DNA of 63,973 nt, filler included, from Octopus bimaculoides (Eukaryota): the NCBI RefSeq assembly GCF_001194135.2. It is 8 parts of 8 records of this genome, joined end to end, with 100 filler letters (N's around TTAATTAATTAA, not from the genome) between each part and the next. Parts side by side here need not be neighbours in the genome. Positions count along the whole stretch, not along the records: positions 25,500 to 51,204 come from NC_068989.1; 7 more parts are not named here. One strand, 5' to 3'. Below, one piece after another: positions 26,614-39,400 of the stretch. How positions within the stretch are numbered: the first letter of the stretch is position 1; every line of letters starts with the position of its first letter. Position numbers and translations under genes: made by a program. The notes under the pieces are model-generated. The model saw nothing but the letters and a program-made list of their open reading frames with translations. It was not told the DNA's origin and did no database searches.

Positions 26614-28359
26614 NNNNNNNNNNNNNNNNNNNNNNNNNNNNNNNNNNNNNNNNNNNNNNNNNNNNNNNNNNNNNNNNNNNNNNNNNNNNNNNNNNNNNNN
26701 NNNNNNNNNNNNNNNNNNNNNNNNNNNNNNNNNNNNNNNNNNNNNNNNNNNNNNNNNNNNNNNNNNNNNNNNNNNNNNNNNNNNNNNNNNNNNNNNNNNN
26801 NNNNNNNNNNNNNNNNNNNNNNNNNNNNNNNNNNNNNNNNNNNNNNNNNNNNNNNNNNNNNNNNNNNNNNNNNNNNNNNNNNNNNNNNNNNNNNNNNNNN
26901 NNNNNNNNNNNNNNNNNNNNNNNNNNNNNNNNNNNNNNNNNNNNNNNNNNNNNNNNNNNNNNNNNNNNNNNNNNNNNNNNNNNNNNNNNNNNNNNNNNNN
27001 NNNNNNNNNNNNNNNNNNNNNNNNNNNNNNNNNNNNNNNNNNNNNNNNNNNNNNNNNNNNNNNNNNNNNNNNNNNNNNNNNNNNNNNNNNNNNNNNNNNN
27101 NNNNNNNNNNNNNNNNNNNNNNNNNNNNNNNNNNNNNNNNNNNNNNNNNNNNNNNNNNNNNNNNNNNNNNNNNNNNNNNNNNNNNNNNNNNNNNNNNNNN
27201 NNNNNNNNNNNNNNNNNNNNNNNNNNNNNNNNNNNNNNNNNNNNNNNNNNNNNNNNNNNNACACACATATATGTTATATATATATATAGTTGCATAGATA
27301 TATAGATTCTTGGACATATGTATACATACACATACACACATTTGTACATATAGATATATAGATATATACATGCGTGTGTGTGTTTGTTTGTGCGGGTGCG
27401 TGTGTATAATTTTGCGCGTTGAAAGAGTTAACTGTCTCTAATACTCCATTCATCAAAAACGATATACAGTATTGTATAGCATTTACAAGATTAAATAAAC
27501 TTCTGGGTTTCTGAATTATTTTGAATACGCCTGTCAAGAGTTAATGCAAGGATATCAAATTTTGTACCTCTTTATTACTATAGTAAGGGCGTGGGACCAA
27601 GTACTTAGAGTATTCGGCTCCCGATCGCTAGGCCACGCTTGTGATTTGCAGCGGCGCGTTGTGTCAATAACTGAGACACTATTTCATCTTCTTCCAGACC
27701 TCTCAGCTGGCAAAAATTAGATCATCATCACATTCTGTGTCAAGCTGAATCACACTAAGAACTATGTTAAGAGCACGCATATATATATATATATGCACAT
27801 GTTTTTCACAATTTCATATGATGGCATTTTTACAAGTGTCAATGCTCCGACTCTAAGCTTTCGAGTAACTCTGTAGCGTAAGCTAATTATTAACAACACA
27901 ACATATACTCATATTTTGAATTCTATTTTACTGTTTGCCTCACCAAACATATACATACATACATATGTATAGACAATCAGACAGACATACGTACATATAT
28001 ATATATCCATGCATATATATATATATATATATNNNNNNNNNNNNNNNNNNNNNNNNNNNNNNNNNNNNNNNNNNNNNNNNNNNNNNNNNNNNNNNNNNNN
28101 NNNNNNNNNNNNNNNNNNNNNNNNNNNNNNNNNNNNNNNNNNNNNNNNNNNNNNNNNNNNNNNNNNNNNNNNNNNNNNNNNNNNNNNNNNNNNNNNNNNN
28201 NNNNNNNNNNNNNNNNNNNNNNNNNNNNNNNNNNNNNNNNNNNNNNNNNNNNNNNNNNNNNNNNNNNNNNNNNNNNNNNNNNNNNNNNNNNNNNNNNNNN
28301 NNNNNNNNNNNNNNNNNNNNNNNNNNNNNNNATACATATATATATATATATATATATCC

Positions 28360-28413
<54 letters not shown>

Positions 28414-30139
28414 ATGTATTATGTATAATTAACATAAATAGTAGCTAACTGATGAAGCAACGGAATTTACCGAAACTGACGTCAGTATCAAGGATTCTCA
28501 GTCGCCATTGTTCAGACGACTAAGGTTCCTGTTTGTGTATATGTTTATATTTATGTGCGTTGGCTACAGTATTAGAGTATTTTAACTCTTATTTCTAGGA
28601 ATGTAGGTGTTTCTAACACCCTTCTCATATTTAGTGATAATTATAATTTTCATATATATGGTCAAAACTTTCCATAAACAAATTTCCATGCGGTGAACTG
28701 TATTGAAAAGTATAAAGAGAAAGAAAATATATACAAATTTCATATTGGAGAGAATATATATTCTTTTTGAACAAAATTAGTTACATAGTAGCTTTCCTGA
28801 ATAGGAAATACAGAAACGAGATAACTCTTCACAGATTTAAAGCCACAGCAATCTGCAGTATATCTTATTTTCATATAAATTATATATCTATTTTATTATA
28901 TTATATTCTATTATATCACATTATACGATATCGTATTATATTCCGTTATGTTGTTATACATTATATGTATATGTTTTAAGCACGACCGGCTTCCAGGCAA
29001 AACGATCTTTTATTTCATACGTTTCTAAATGGAGCAAACTTTTCTCGGTTAACTCAAGATGTCAGCAGTGAAAAATGTGTCACTGAAAACACCCAAATAT
29101 TTTGAAAGAACCTTTTTAACGACCTCGTCTTGATACATTCGTATGGCAACATGTTTTCAATTATGTTTACTCATCATAGTTGCAATGATGAAGATGAATT
29201 TGTTCAATGCCTGACTATTAGGAAAACTGTTGTCAAATGGAAGTCATATGAATTTACCATTCTGTATTAAATTTTTGCTTTCTATCTATGTTTTGTGTTG
29301 TTGATGAAACCAAGCATTTCATTGTTGTACCCTTCTTTTGTATGTCTATATGCACTATGTCAATCATATTAATGGAACTTTTGCAAACGCATTTATTAAC
29401 AAAGGAAGATTTCGATGCGATGTTATCTGTCACTTCCCACTTCAAAGAAATACGTATGTCTCTTTATGCGTGGGTGTGAGTGTGCGCGTATGTGTGCGTG
29501 TGTTTGTTTGTGTGTGTGTGTGTGTGTGTGGAGGGGTTTGTGTATCTGTGTATCTCTTGCTGCATTATATGGAGGCGAAATCTCCGTTCGCCCTCACGCT
29601 CGATAGAGTTATGAATAATTTGGATCTTTCTTGTATATAAAACTGATACTGATATCCATCTCAGTTTTTATCTCCTCCCGTATTAGATATTGTATTTTCT
29701 CGGATATTCATTTGAAACTTAAGTTTCTGTACATTCACTATTGTAACGCTCGTCTTTATATTTTTCATGGTATTTCATAAACTCCAAATTCCACAGAGAT
29801 AATCTCATGGAATATAGGTTTTCTCTCCAGATTCCATTCTTCTGACTCAAAGAACATAGCAACTAACTCAAGACTGATATATGATAATTATATTAGACAT
29901 AATCTTCTTACGTCAGCAATATCATCTCCATCAAAATCCTATATGTCACTATTCAATCCCACTCTGTCGTGTTTTCATCATTCATTGTTGTTTTCCGAAT
30001 TACATATGCCGGTTTACTAATATATTCTGCAGTCCTAACTTACATGTTTACATATATTGCTTTTCAGTTCAATTTGGTCAGTGAAGCGTACTATTTTAAA
30101 GTAACTCACACTCACACACACACATATATATATATATGT

Positions 30140-30182
<43 letters not shown>

Positions 30183-30297
30183 NNNNNNNNNNNNNNNNNN
30201 NNNNNNNNNNNNNNNNNNNNNNNNNNNNNNNNNNNNNNNNNNNNNNNNNNNNNNNNNNNNNNNNNNNNNNNNNNNNNNNNNNNNNNNNNNNNNNNNN

Positions 30298-30369
<72 letters not shown>

Positions 30370-32480
30370 AGGCATTGTTGCCTATTTTCGAATGATCTAT
30401 CTATTGTGGCTATTATTATTACTGTTGCCTTCATTTTGTTATATATTCCAGGTGTGCCTTCACTATACTTATGAATAACTGTTATCCAGTTCTGACCACC
30501 GCGGCTGTTTTTAGAAGTAATGTATAATTTATTGTGTTTGTTTCATTTTGTAATCCAAGTATGAGTAATTCCGGAAATTACACAGCTATTTCTTAATGGT
30601 TACATAGAAGCATTAATAATTCTTATGCTGTCTAACTCATACAGACGCCCACGAAGACGTATTCAGGATAAGTTACTTCATAGGCCCGTTGCTGATGTGT
30701 TGTATAGTATTGAATATATACATATCTAAACAGACTTAATATCATGTGTATTTATGAATTTATCCCTTTTACCAGTAAAACGTCTCACTATATCTGAGTG
30801 GTTATGGTAATAATATTCATATCTATTTAGAAGCAATTCGCCACTAATTTAAAATCTCCTGACGCACATACTTTTCGCTTACTCGAAAATGAGGGCAATA
30901 TCCATGACAATTTTCAGATTCGCTGAGGCAGATGGGAGTCAATGTTAGAAGTTAACGAATGACATGACCAGAATGCTTGGAAGATTCTGGCACGGAAGGT
31001 CCCAGATTGGGGCGTAAAATGGAGTGACATATTAAACGCATCACTAATGTAGGCCATAAAGGCATTTGATCTCAGAAAGCAAAAGAAACAAAAATAATTC
31101 AGGCATAGCTTCCGACGCTGTAAAGTTTCTGCAAAACCCTGCACTCTAACTTAATTATCGATTATGGAAGGATTAAAAACATAGTAGTTCTCGACGGAAT
31201 TTAAACTCAGAACGCAATCAGCTGGAAGAATTCTTGTTCGCTATTATGACCAAATTTCTAATAACTCTGCCAAATTGACGCCTAATACAGTTAATATCGA
31301 TATCCTGATAACATATTTTGTTTAAGCTATGTGCACCTACTTGATCTCTAGTTATTGTTGTCTTTATATTAACCAATTAATAATATTCAATATATCAGAT
31401 TTGATACTTCACATAGCATAATTATAATCCAAAAAAATCAATTCCCATCATTTTCCTAATATACATGCACCGTTTGGACTACAGGTTTTATTTCGTCTTT
31501 GGCAGACGGTTATTATTCATACGTAAACTATAATTAGATTACTTGAGCATAATGTTTAACATGCTACTCGCCTGTTATCTTTGCTATGAAAGCAAAAGGG
31601 GTAATTAAGATGAAGGCGTTACTAATGATGATGCTGGTAACGTTGTTAGTGATGCTCTTTACTCATACGTAAATATAGATTAATAAAGGATCATGACTTA
31701 ACATTACCCCTTAATGTATTAATATTATCCGTCGTAATGAAAGCAGACATATTGCTGTTGATGATGATGATAATGACGACGACGACAGTGACGACAACGA
31801 GGAGGAGTAAAAGGATTCGGAGGAGGAGGAGGAGGGCGATGATATTATGTATTTTCATTAATCTTATCTCTGAAGGCGTGTAGCCTGGTGGTTAGGGCAT
31901 TGCATTGATGACAGCCAGATTGTGGGTTCGATTTCTGCCATTACAAGGAAATTACCAACAAACATTGGTTGCAGTGTATGCCCCCTTCCCCTACTATTAC
32001 ACTTATCTTCAGGAAGATGTCATTTCATTTTGTTTGTAAGCCTTCCATAGTCAGTGAGAACGACGCATTTAAGACGATGGTATTGACATTAATACATTTA
32101 TGGACTGGCAGAATCCTTACATCGAAAAAGAAATTGCTTAACGGAATCGTTTCTAGCTCTTGACGTCAGACTTGTCTTTATCCTCGAGAAGATAAAGTTC
32201 CAGTTTGAGTCCTAGGGATCGTAGTGTCGTATCAAAATTGGTGTTAATCTACCAAAATCAGCAACCATTGTTATTGTTGTCACTGCTGCGGTTGTCAATA
32301 TTTATCAATTTAATGCATTATTTTTTTGTGTAAATTTATTTTGAATAACTGTGGACTTTTTTTATTTTAGATGTATTGAGGAACATTTTAACGAATTGAA
32401 TATTATCAATGATTACGTTTTTTCTTATATCATCGTCAAGGCAGCATACGCCGGTTGCAATGTGCCGATTAGCCGACGAG

Positions 32481-32513
<33 letters not shown>

Positions 32514-32536
32514 GTTTGGTGTTCCAAACATCCGAT

Positions 32537-32770
32537 CATTTACAGGGCTTAGAAGAACTGAAGGACCGCTGCAATAAATGCGTGCATCTGAGAGGAGAAT
32601 GTGTTGAATAAAATCATAATTAACTTAACCGCCTATGTTTTCGTTTTTGCTTTAAGGGTGTCACGAAAGGTCTGGCTGGAGGCCGAAAATTCCGCATTAT
32701 TTTACAGGACTTAGAAGAACTAAAGGACCACTGCCATAAATGTGTCTATCCGAGAGAGAAGTATGCTGAA
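32537..32770 (+). mobile_element. Two tandem 3'-end fragments of a mariner transposase
   Basis: Both translate to variants of GLEELKDRCNKCVHLRGE.VE*, resembling the mariner C-terminus (W.KC...G.YVE). Confidence 0.6.
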
Positions 32771-35700
32771 NNNNNNNNNNNNNNNNNNNNNNNNNNNNNN
32801 NNNNNNNNNNNNNNNNNNNNNNNNNNNNNNNNNNNNNNNNNNNNNNNNNNNNNNNNNNNNNNNNNNNNNNNNNNNNNNNNNNNNNNNNNNNNNNNNNNNN
32901 NNNNNNNNNNNNNNNNNNNNNNNNNNNNNNNNNNNNNNNNNNNNNNNNNNNNNNNNNNNNNNNNNNNNNNNNNNNNNNNNNNNNNNNNNNNNNNNNNNNN
33001 NNNNNNNNNNNNNNNNNNNNNNNNNNNNNNNNNNNNNNNNNNNNNNNNNNNNNNNNNNNNNNNNNNNNNNNNNNNNNNNNNNNNNNNNNNNNNNNNNNNN
33101 NNNNNNNNNNNNNNNNNNNNNNNNNNNNNNNNNNGATAACATGAACAAGAATGGAGAAAACATTTAAATGTGATGATAGCACCATGCTTTAACGACGGTG
33201 GTTTTTATTGCGCCATTATATTTGTTAAACGCGGATAAATTACAAACCAGATTAATATATCCGCAAGTATGTGCTAAAACAACGTTATCAAGGTAATCAA
33301 AAAATGGCTAAATTCAAAGTGAACTAAGAAAATAGTTGAAGAAGTAAGAAAGTAATACATGAACATAAAAAGACCGTCAAGAACAAATATGATATGCTAA
33401 GAAATGCCTGTTTAGTATTTAAATTTCATGATATCAGTAGATAACGTAAGTGTAAAGTACAAATAGTTACTTATCTGTCTATCTGAAACAATTTTTAGAA
33501 AAAATATGCTTATTAGACTACAGAAAAAGCTTTTAAAATTAATGGGTTATGTACTATTGAAATATTTAAGTATTTTCCCATATTTACTATTCAAATATTT
33601 CAAAGTTTTTTTTNNNNNNNNNNNNNNNNNNNNNNNNNNNNNNNNNNNNNNNNNNNNNNNNNNNNNNNNNNNNNNNNNNNNNNNNNNNNNNNNNNNNNNN
33701 NNNNNNNNNNNNNNNNNNNNNNNNNNNNNNNNNNNNNNNNNNNNNNNNNNNNNNNNNNNNNNNNNNNNNNNNNGAGTTAGTATTTGGAATGCAGGGTAAG
33801 GTACTGTTTACACAAAATTGTCTTGGATTAACAGGATGAATTTAACAAGGATATATATATATATATTCATATAAACTCGATATTTTCTTACCAAAGTCTA
33901 TTTGCATAAATCAAAACTAGTCATGCATTACTGAGACGAACTTACCAAGGATATATATACAAAATTTTAATTTAACTGCCAATGTCGACCTGCATAAATT
34001 TAAACCAGTAAATTTTAATCTATTTTTCAAAAACACTTTCTCATATTTTTCTAATTTTAAAACAACATTCGATATATTATAAAAAACTTTATCTTCTCCA
34101 TCTCTGACGAGCAGAAGTATTGTTTATCAATGTGTATCAACAATGGATTCCATTATAATGATAATACTTTAGTAAAACGATCGTAAGCTGCATTAACAAA
34201 TTTTTAAACTGTCATGTTTCATATATTTACATATATTTTTGATACAAAATTATTTTGGACATATATATCTTCGTGAGGAATTGTGTTGGTATTGAATTTC
34301 ATGCTATTATTTTAAATACAGTATATATAATCGCTCGTATTAATGTCTACATACTTTATAGTATTAATATTTTTGACATTCCATACGAAGAGCACTCATT
34401 ATAAATTCAGTGTATAATATTCTAACAGAATATATTTAATGATATATATCCATACATACAGACATACATGAATACATAATCCGTACATATAATTGTTGAC
34501 GATATGTATATATGTGTGGAATTTGTGGGAATGTATACAGGTGCATATCTTATATCCTTTGGGTTTATTCGAATTTTGTACCTACATCCGAAAGCATTAT
34601 CAACTAGAAATGAATGAAATATTTTTTGTTTCTATATCATTTGTTTCTCTTCATATTTTCGAAATATCAGTTTAAATAAAAATAAGTCCAAATCTTTTAT
34701 ACTTCTAATTCAGATTTATAAGTATGCAGCATATAAAAAAAAACGTTCGTTTAATTTCATGCATAATACAACTGTTTTGTTTTTTCTCTCTCAAATATCA
34801 TTTATCGTTATATTCAGTGTAATCTGAAAATAGACTAGCGTATAAATCTCTATTTTTCTATATTGTTCTATTTTTTACTTTTTTCCTCTCAAGTTAACAT
34901 TTTTTCCTATAATATTGCATCTTCAATTCCTTTAGACTTTGACTCGTTTTCAAATCAACAATTAAGCGAATTTTTCTTTGTCTGTGATCATTACGTCGGA
35001 GTTATTGTATTTGCTACTAATGAAGCGATGTTGTGGGCATATATATGTGAATATAAAAGACGTCAAGATATTTTTTGTAATACCAGGGGTACCATTAGAA
35101 GAATATAGTAACATCATTGCAATAAATACTTCATGATGCTAGATGTTTTGGTGTGGTTTCATTAATGCTGACAAACGACTGGTCTCGCCGGGTTAAGTCG
35201 TACATTGCTAAACTAAGAACATTCAGTATGAACTAAATAAATCGAAGGCTTTCTTAAAAAGAAAGTACATTAACGCCTGCATATAAGAATATAACCTAAT
35301 TGAGAATTTATGATGATAGAATATAGTAACATATAGAAATTTTCCTCCAAACAAACGCATAGCTGTGATACCAATCTAGCATATAATAAAAGATACGAAT
35401 ATAACATAAATGTGAGTAACGTTCTGACAGTTTTAACTGCCTCCATAGTCAGACAATTAATTTTGCTTATGAGATTCTGGAACTGCACTATATAAGTACA
35501 TAGTTATTGCAGTCAAGTAATGTAACTTACTGGTAAGCATTGTGGAAAAGAAAGTTCACATGGGTACCAATTATTGCAATACACATTCTTGAAATTAGGG
35601 ATGTCGAACTGTAATATAGTAAAAGATTGAGCTATCTAGATACTTCCTATTTGTCAAGGAGCAAGCCAAATTGAAAAGTCTGGAAGACAAAAAAAAAAAT

Positions 35701-35922
35701 ACTAGTGTATATAATTTATGTGGAAAAAGGGGGCACATTCTTACAAATATTTGTATATGTATAAAGGAATGAAAATATATATGGTTTCCTATTATTATTT
35801 TAGTGAATTGGCATGTATACATAAATACACATATTTATACACACGCAAACATAAATATTCATAAATATATATCAATATAAGTGTATCAATGTGTATGCAC
35901 TTGCTTGTGTGTATGTGTTTGA

Positions 35923-35960
<38 letters not shown>

Positions 35961-36733
35961 ACATCCAAATATGCTTAAATAAAATTTGCGTGTGCATTCA
36001 TGTATGTGTAATTGTATAGGTAGTGTTTGTGTTTGTGCCTGTATTTGTATGTATGGTTTATACATACACTCTTGCGTGTGCACGTATTAAGGTCACCCAA
36101 TTCGTCAGACCCTTCAGGCTAGAGATAATTTAGGATATTTTGGTGTCTAAATATCTTGTCTCAATACTAAATCAGCACTTCACCAAATATGTATCTGTGT
36201 ATGTACGTACATACATGCACACAATCACACATGAATGCATGCGTACTTGTTTATCTGCAGGCCAGTACGTGTGGTTGTATACTATAAATCAAATGAATTT
36301 GTGATATATATTTGCGTTGATATCTGTATATAGCTTCTTGGTTGTGCTCATGTGATTAAACCAATTATAAATCAAATTTTAACACGAACTGCTACAAACT
36401 TATGCAAACAGACCCACACAAAGGAATGATATATATATGCATACAAATATATATATATATATATATATANNNNNNNNNNNNNNNNNNNNNNNNNNNNNNN
36501 NNNNNNNNNNNNNNNNNNNNNNNNNNNNNNNNNNNNNNNNNNNNNNNNNNNNNNNNNNNNNNNNNNNNNNNNNNNNNNNNNNNNNNNNNNNNNNNNNNNN
36601 NNNNNNNNNNNNNNNNNNNNNNNNNNNNNNNNNNNNNNNNNNNNNNNNNNNNNNNNNNNNNNNNNNNNNNNNNNNNNNNNNNNNNNNNNNNATATACACA
36701 TAGATATACATATATGTACATATGTATATACAT

Positions 36734-36784
<51 letters not shown>

Positions 36785-37634
36785 TATATATACATACATA
36801 TATACATATACAAACTTATATATATATAAACATATATATATTGCTACACTTATATTTATTGTAGCACTCACTTAAAACAGTTCACTCGAGCGAATCGACC
36901 TTAGTATCTACTTTTATCAAGCTTGGATAATTATCCTATTCTTTTCTTATATCGTACCATTAAGTTACGGGGACGTAAACGAACCAGCATCCGTTGTCAA
37001 AAGTTTGTAGGTAAGCAAAAAAAACATAAAGACATAGACTTAAATATAGGCCGTCGCGTAGCTGTGTGGTAAGAATTTTGCTTTCCAAACATGGTTCCCT
37101 TTTCAATCCCATCACAAGCAACATTGGGCAAATGTCTTCCTCAATGGCTTTCGCCGACCAATGCGTTGGAAGTGGAGTTGCTGAACGGATACTGAAGCAA
37201 GCCCTCCGTAATACATTTATGTGTTTGTGTGTGTGTGTGAGNNNNNNNNNNNNNNNNNNNNNNNNNNNNNNNNNNNNNNNNNNNNNNNNNNNNNNNNNNN
37301 NNNNNNNNNNNNNNNNNNNNNNNNNNNNNNNNNNNNNNNNNNNNNNNNNNNNNNNNNNNNNNNNNNNNNNNNNNNNNNNNNNNNNNNNNNNNNNNNNNNN
37401 NNNNNNNNNNNNNNNNNNNNNNNNNNNNNNNNNNNNNNNNNNNNNNNNNNNNNNNNNNNNNNNNNNNNNNNNNNNNNNNNNNNNNNNNNNNNNNNNNNNN
37501 NNNNNNNNNNNNNNNNNNNNNNNNNNNNNNNNNNNNNTATATATATATATGTATATACGTATATATATGTAATAATAATAATAATAATAACAATAATAAC
37601 AATAACTGACAACAATAATAATAATAATAATGAT

Positions 37635-37790
37635 AATAATAATGATGATGATGGAACTGCAAGAAGTCTTTGCACAGTTTTTGAAACATGACCAGTAAAC
37701 AACCGTCACCTTAGTCTGCTGGCTATGGACAACTGACACTTTCCATCATACCCAGCAAAATAAGCTGTGAATTTTTCATATAATAATATG
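37635..37790 (+). mobile_element. Extreme 3' end of a Dong/R4-type RLE LINE
   Basis: ggaactgcaaga...(GTAR..R.V) plus a 3' UTR shared with ~38195-38330 and ~59630-59760; flanked by AAT/ATT tracts. Confidence 0.75.
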
Positions 37791-38194
37791 AATTATTATT
37801 ATTATTATTATTATTATTATCTCTATCACACGTTTTGTAGGAGCTCCTGGAGTCTTGCATGCACAAAGGGCTTACTACCTGCAGCCTACGGTACTATGCC
37901 ACTATTATTATCATTTCAAATTTTTCCACAAGGGCAGCTTGGGGGAGTTTGTGATGGGTCGTATACGTCGACCCCAGTGTTCAACTGGTACTTATTTTAT
38001 CGAAGCCCAAAAAGATGAAAAACAGAGTCGACCTCGGCGGAATGTGAACTCAGAAGGTCTCGATGGGAGAAATAGCACTAAGCATTTTTCTCCAGCGTGC
38101 TAACAAATCTGCCAGCTGGCGGCCTTAATAATAATAATAACATGACTCAAAATAAGTGGTACTAATATAATGATAGAACACCCTCAAAAATCAT

Positions 38195-38560
38195 CATTGC
38201 TTGGAACTGCAAGAGTTCTCTGCGATGTTCTTGAAGTATGATCAGTAGACAATTGTCACCATAGTCTGCTGGACGTGGACATCTGATATTTCCACCATAC
38301 CAAGCAAAATAAGCTGAGAGTCATCATCAAATGATAATTGCGGAAATTATAATGATTTCCTGATTGAAATCGAAAAAAATGCGGCATCTCAGGACGATTA
38401 CAATACCAATGTTTATAGGAGCAGGTGGAATGATCAAAAACGGAACTGAAAATTATTTGAGAATGATCACTGGCCTACCATTCATGCAAGTATTACAAAA
38501 GATTATTTGAACTGGTATGCCACATCTATTGAGAAGAGATTTGTCACTATGAATTTACAA
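38195..38560 (+). mobile_element. Two adjacent RLE-LINE 3' fragments of different subfamilies
   Basis: First: LLGTAR.L..VL plus the shared UTR. Second: decayed KY.D..IEIEK..HLRTITIP..IGA.GMIK.GTENYL. Confidence 0.65.
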
Positions 38561-38699
38561 TCCTTTCTCCCTTTTATATTCTTTTTTCTTTTTTCAGCCT
38601 TTCTATTTTTATATTATCATTTGTCATTCATTCTTTCTTTCTTTCTTTGCTTTTATCCTGAATTTTTAAATGAGGAATCGGGTGCATTTATTCTAATGA

Positions 38700-39400
38700 C
38701 CTATCAATGTATACAGTGAGTTTCTTTGCCCTAGAAAATGGAAAGACAATCGGCAGGAAGCGGAAACAAAATTGATAGAAGAAAGAAAGTGTTTCTTCGA
38801 TTTAAAAAAATCTCACATGATGTTAATTTTGTATTTTCTAATGGTCTGACAAAATTCAGAATGCTATCAGATACTTCTACCAACTGAAGACTTTCTAAAA
38901 TCCAAGAATTAAGAACCATATCTCAATGGATCCATAACATAATCTATCTGCGCCATACCCAGATTAGTATGACTTTTCTTACAATCTTTCGGCATCATTT
39001 TGTCAATCAAATGTTGTTCTATTGTCTCTTGGCGTTTTGGCTTGCACCTCTTCTGTTTCAGAGGCAACGGATCAATTATTTCAAGGAGGTAACATGCTAG
39101 CCCTGTGTGTTCCCAGTCAGCAAATCCTTTTCGGAGTCTGGTTAGTGATATTATAACGCTAAATTCCAAAGTTTACTGCTCCTTGGTTACATTGTAGACG
39201 AATGGAATTATATGAGTGTTATCGCCCCTCAGTAATACTTTAATGTCAAGAACTGTTAGAGGTTAACCACAGAAGTCTACTCGACGGTCTTTCGGAATAA
39301 TCGATTCTTATCGTCGCTGAGCTTTTTCCATGGTATATAGTCACACTTCTACACCTCTAATCCTTTATAAACTGCTAGAGTGGGACCTGCACTAGTCTCA
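38700..39400 (-). mobile_element. Decayed reverse-transcriptase fragment of a Dong/R4-type LINE
   Basis: PLKQKRCKPKRQETIEQHLIDKMMPKDCKKSHTNLGMAQIDY and MVLNSWILESLQL match the R4/Dong RT region (QKGC...T.DQLLIDK...NL.MAWIDYKKA.D.VPHSWI.E.L); frameshifted. Confidence 0.8.

Noticed and set aside
26455-27365. ~105-bp exact duplication on both sides of a gap
   Set aside because: Typical contig-end overlap or haplotype artefact.
29560-29990. RT-like or FG-GAP-like words (SPFALTLDRVM on +, DFDGDDIAD and FFESEEWNLER on -)
   Set aside because: The motifs lie on opposite strands with in-frame stops and no coherent order.
31610-31668. Signal-peptide-like MKALLMMMLVTLLVMLFTH followed by GTAAAT
   Set aside because: Lies in a decayed (GAT)n region with no downstream exon identified.
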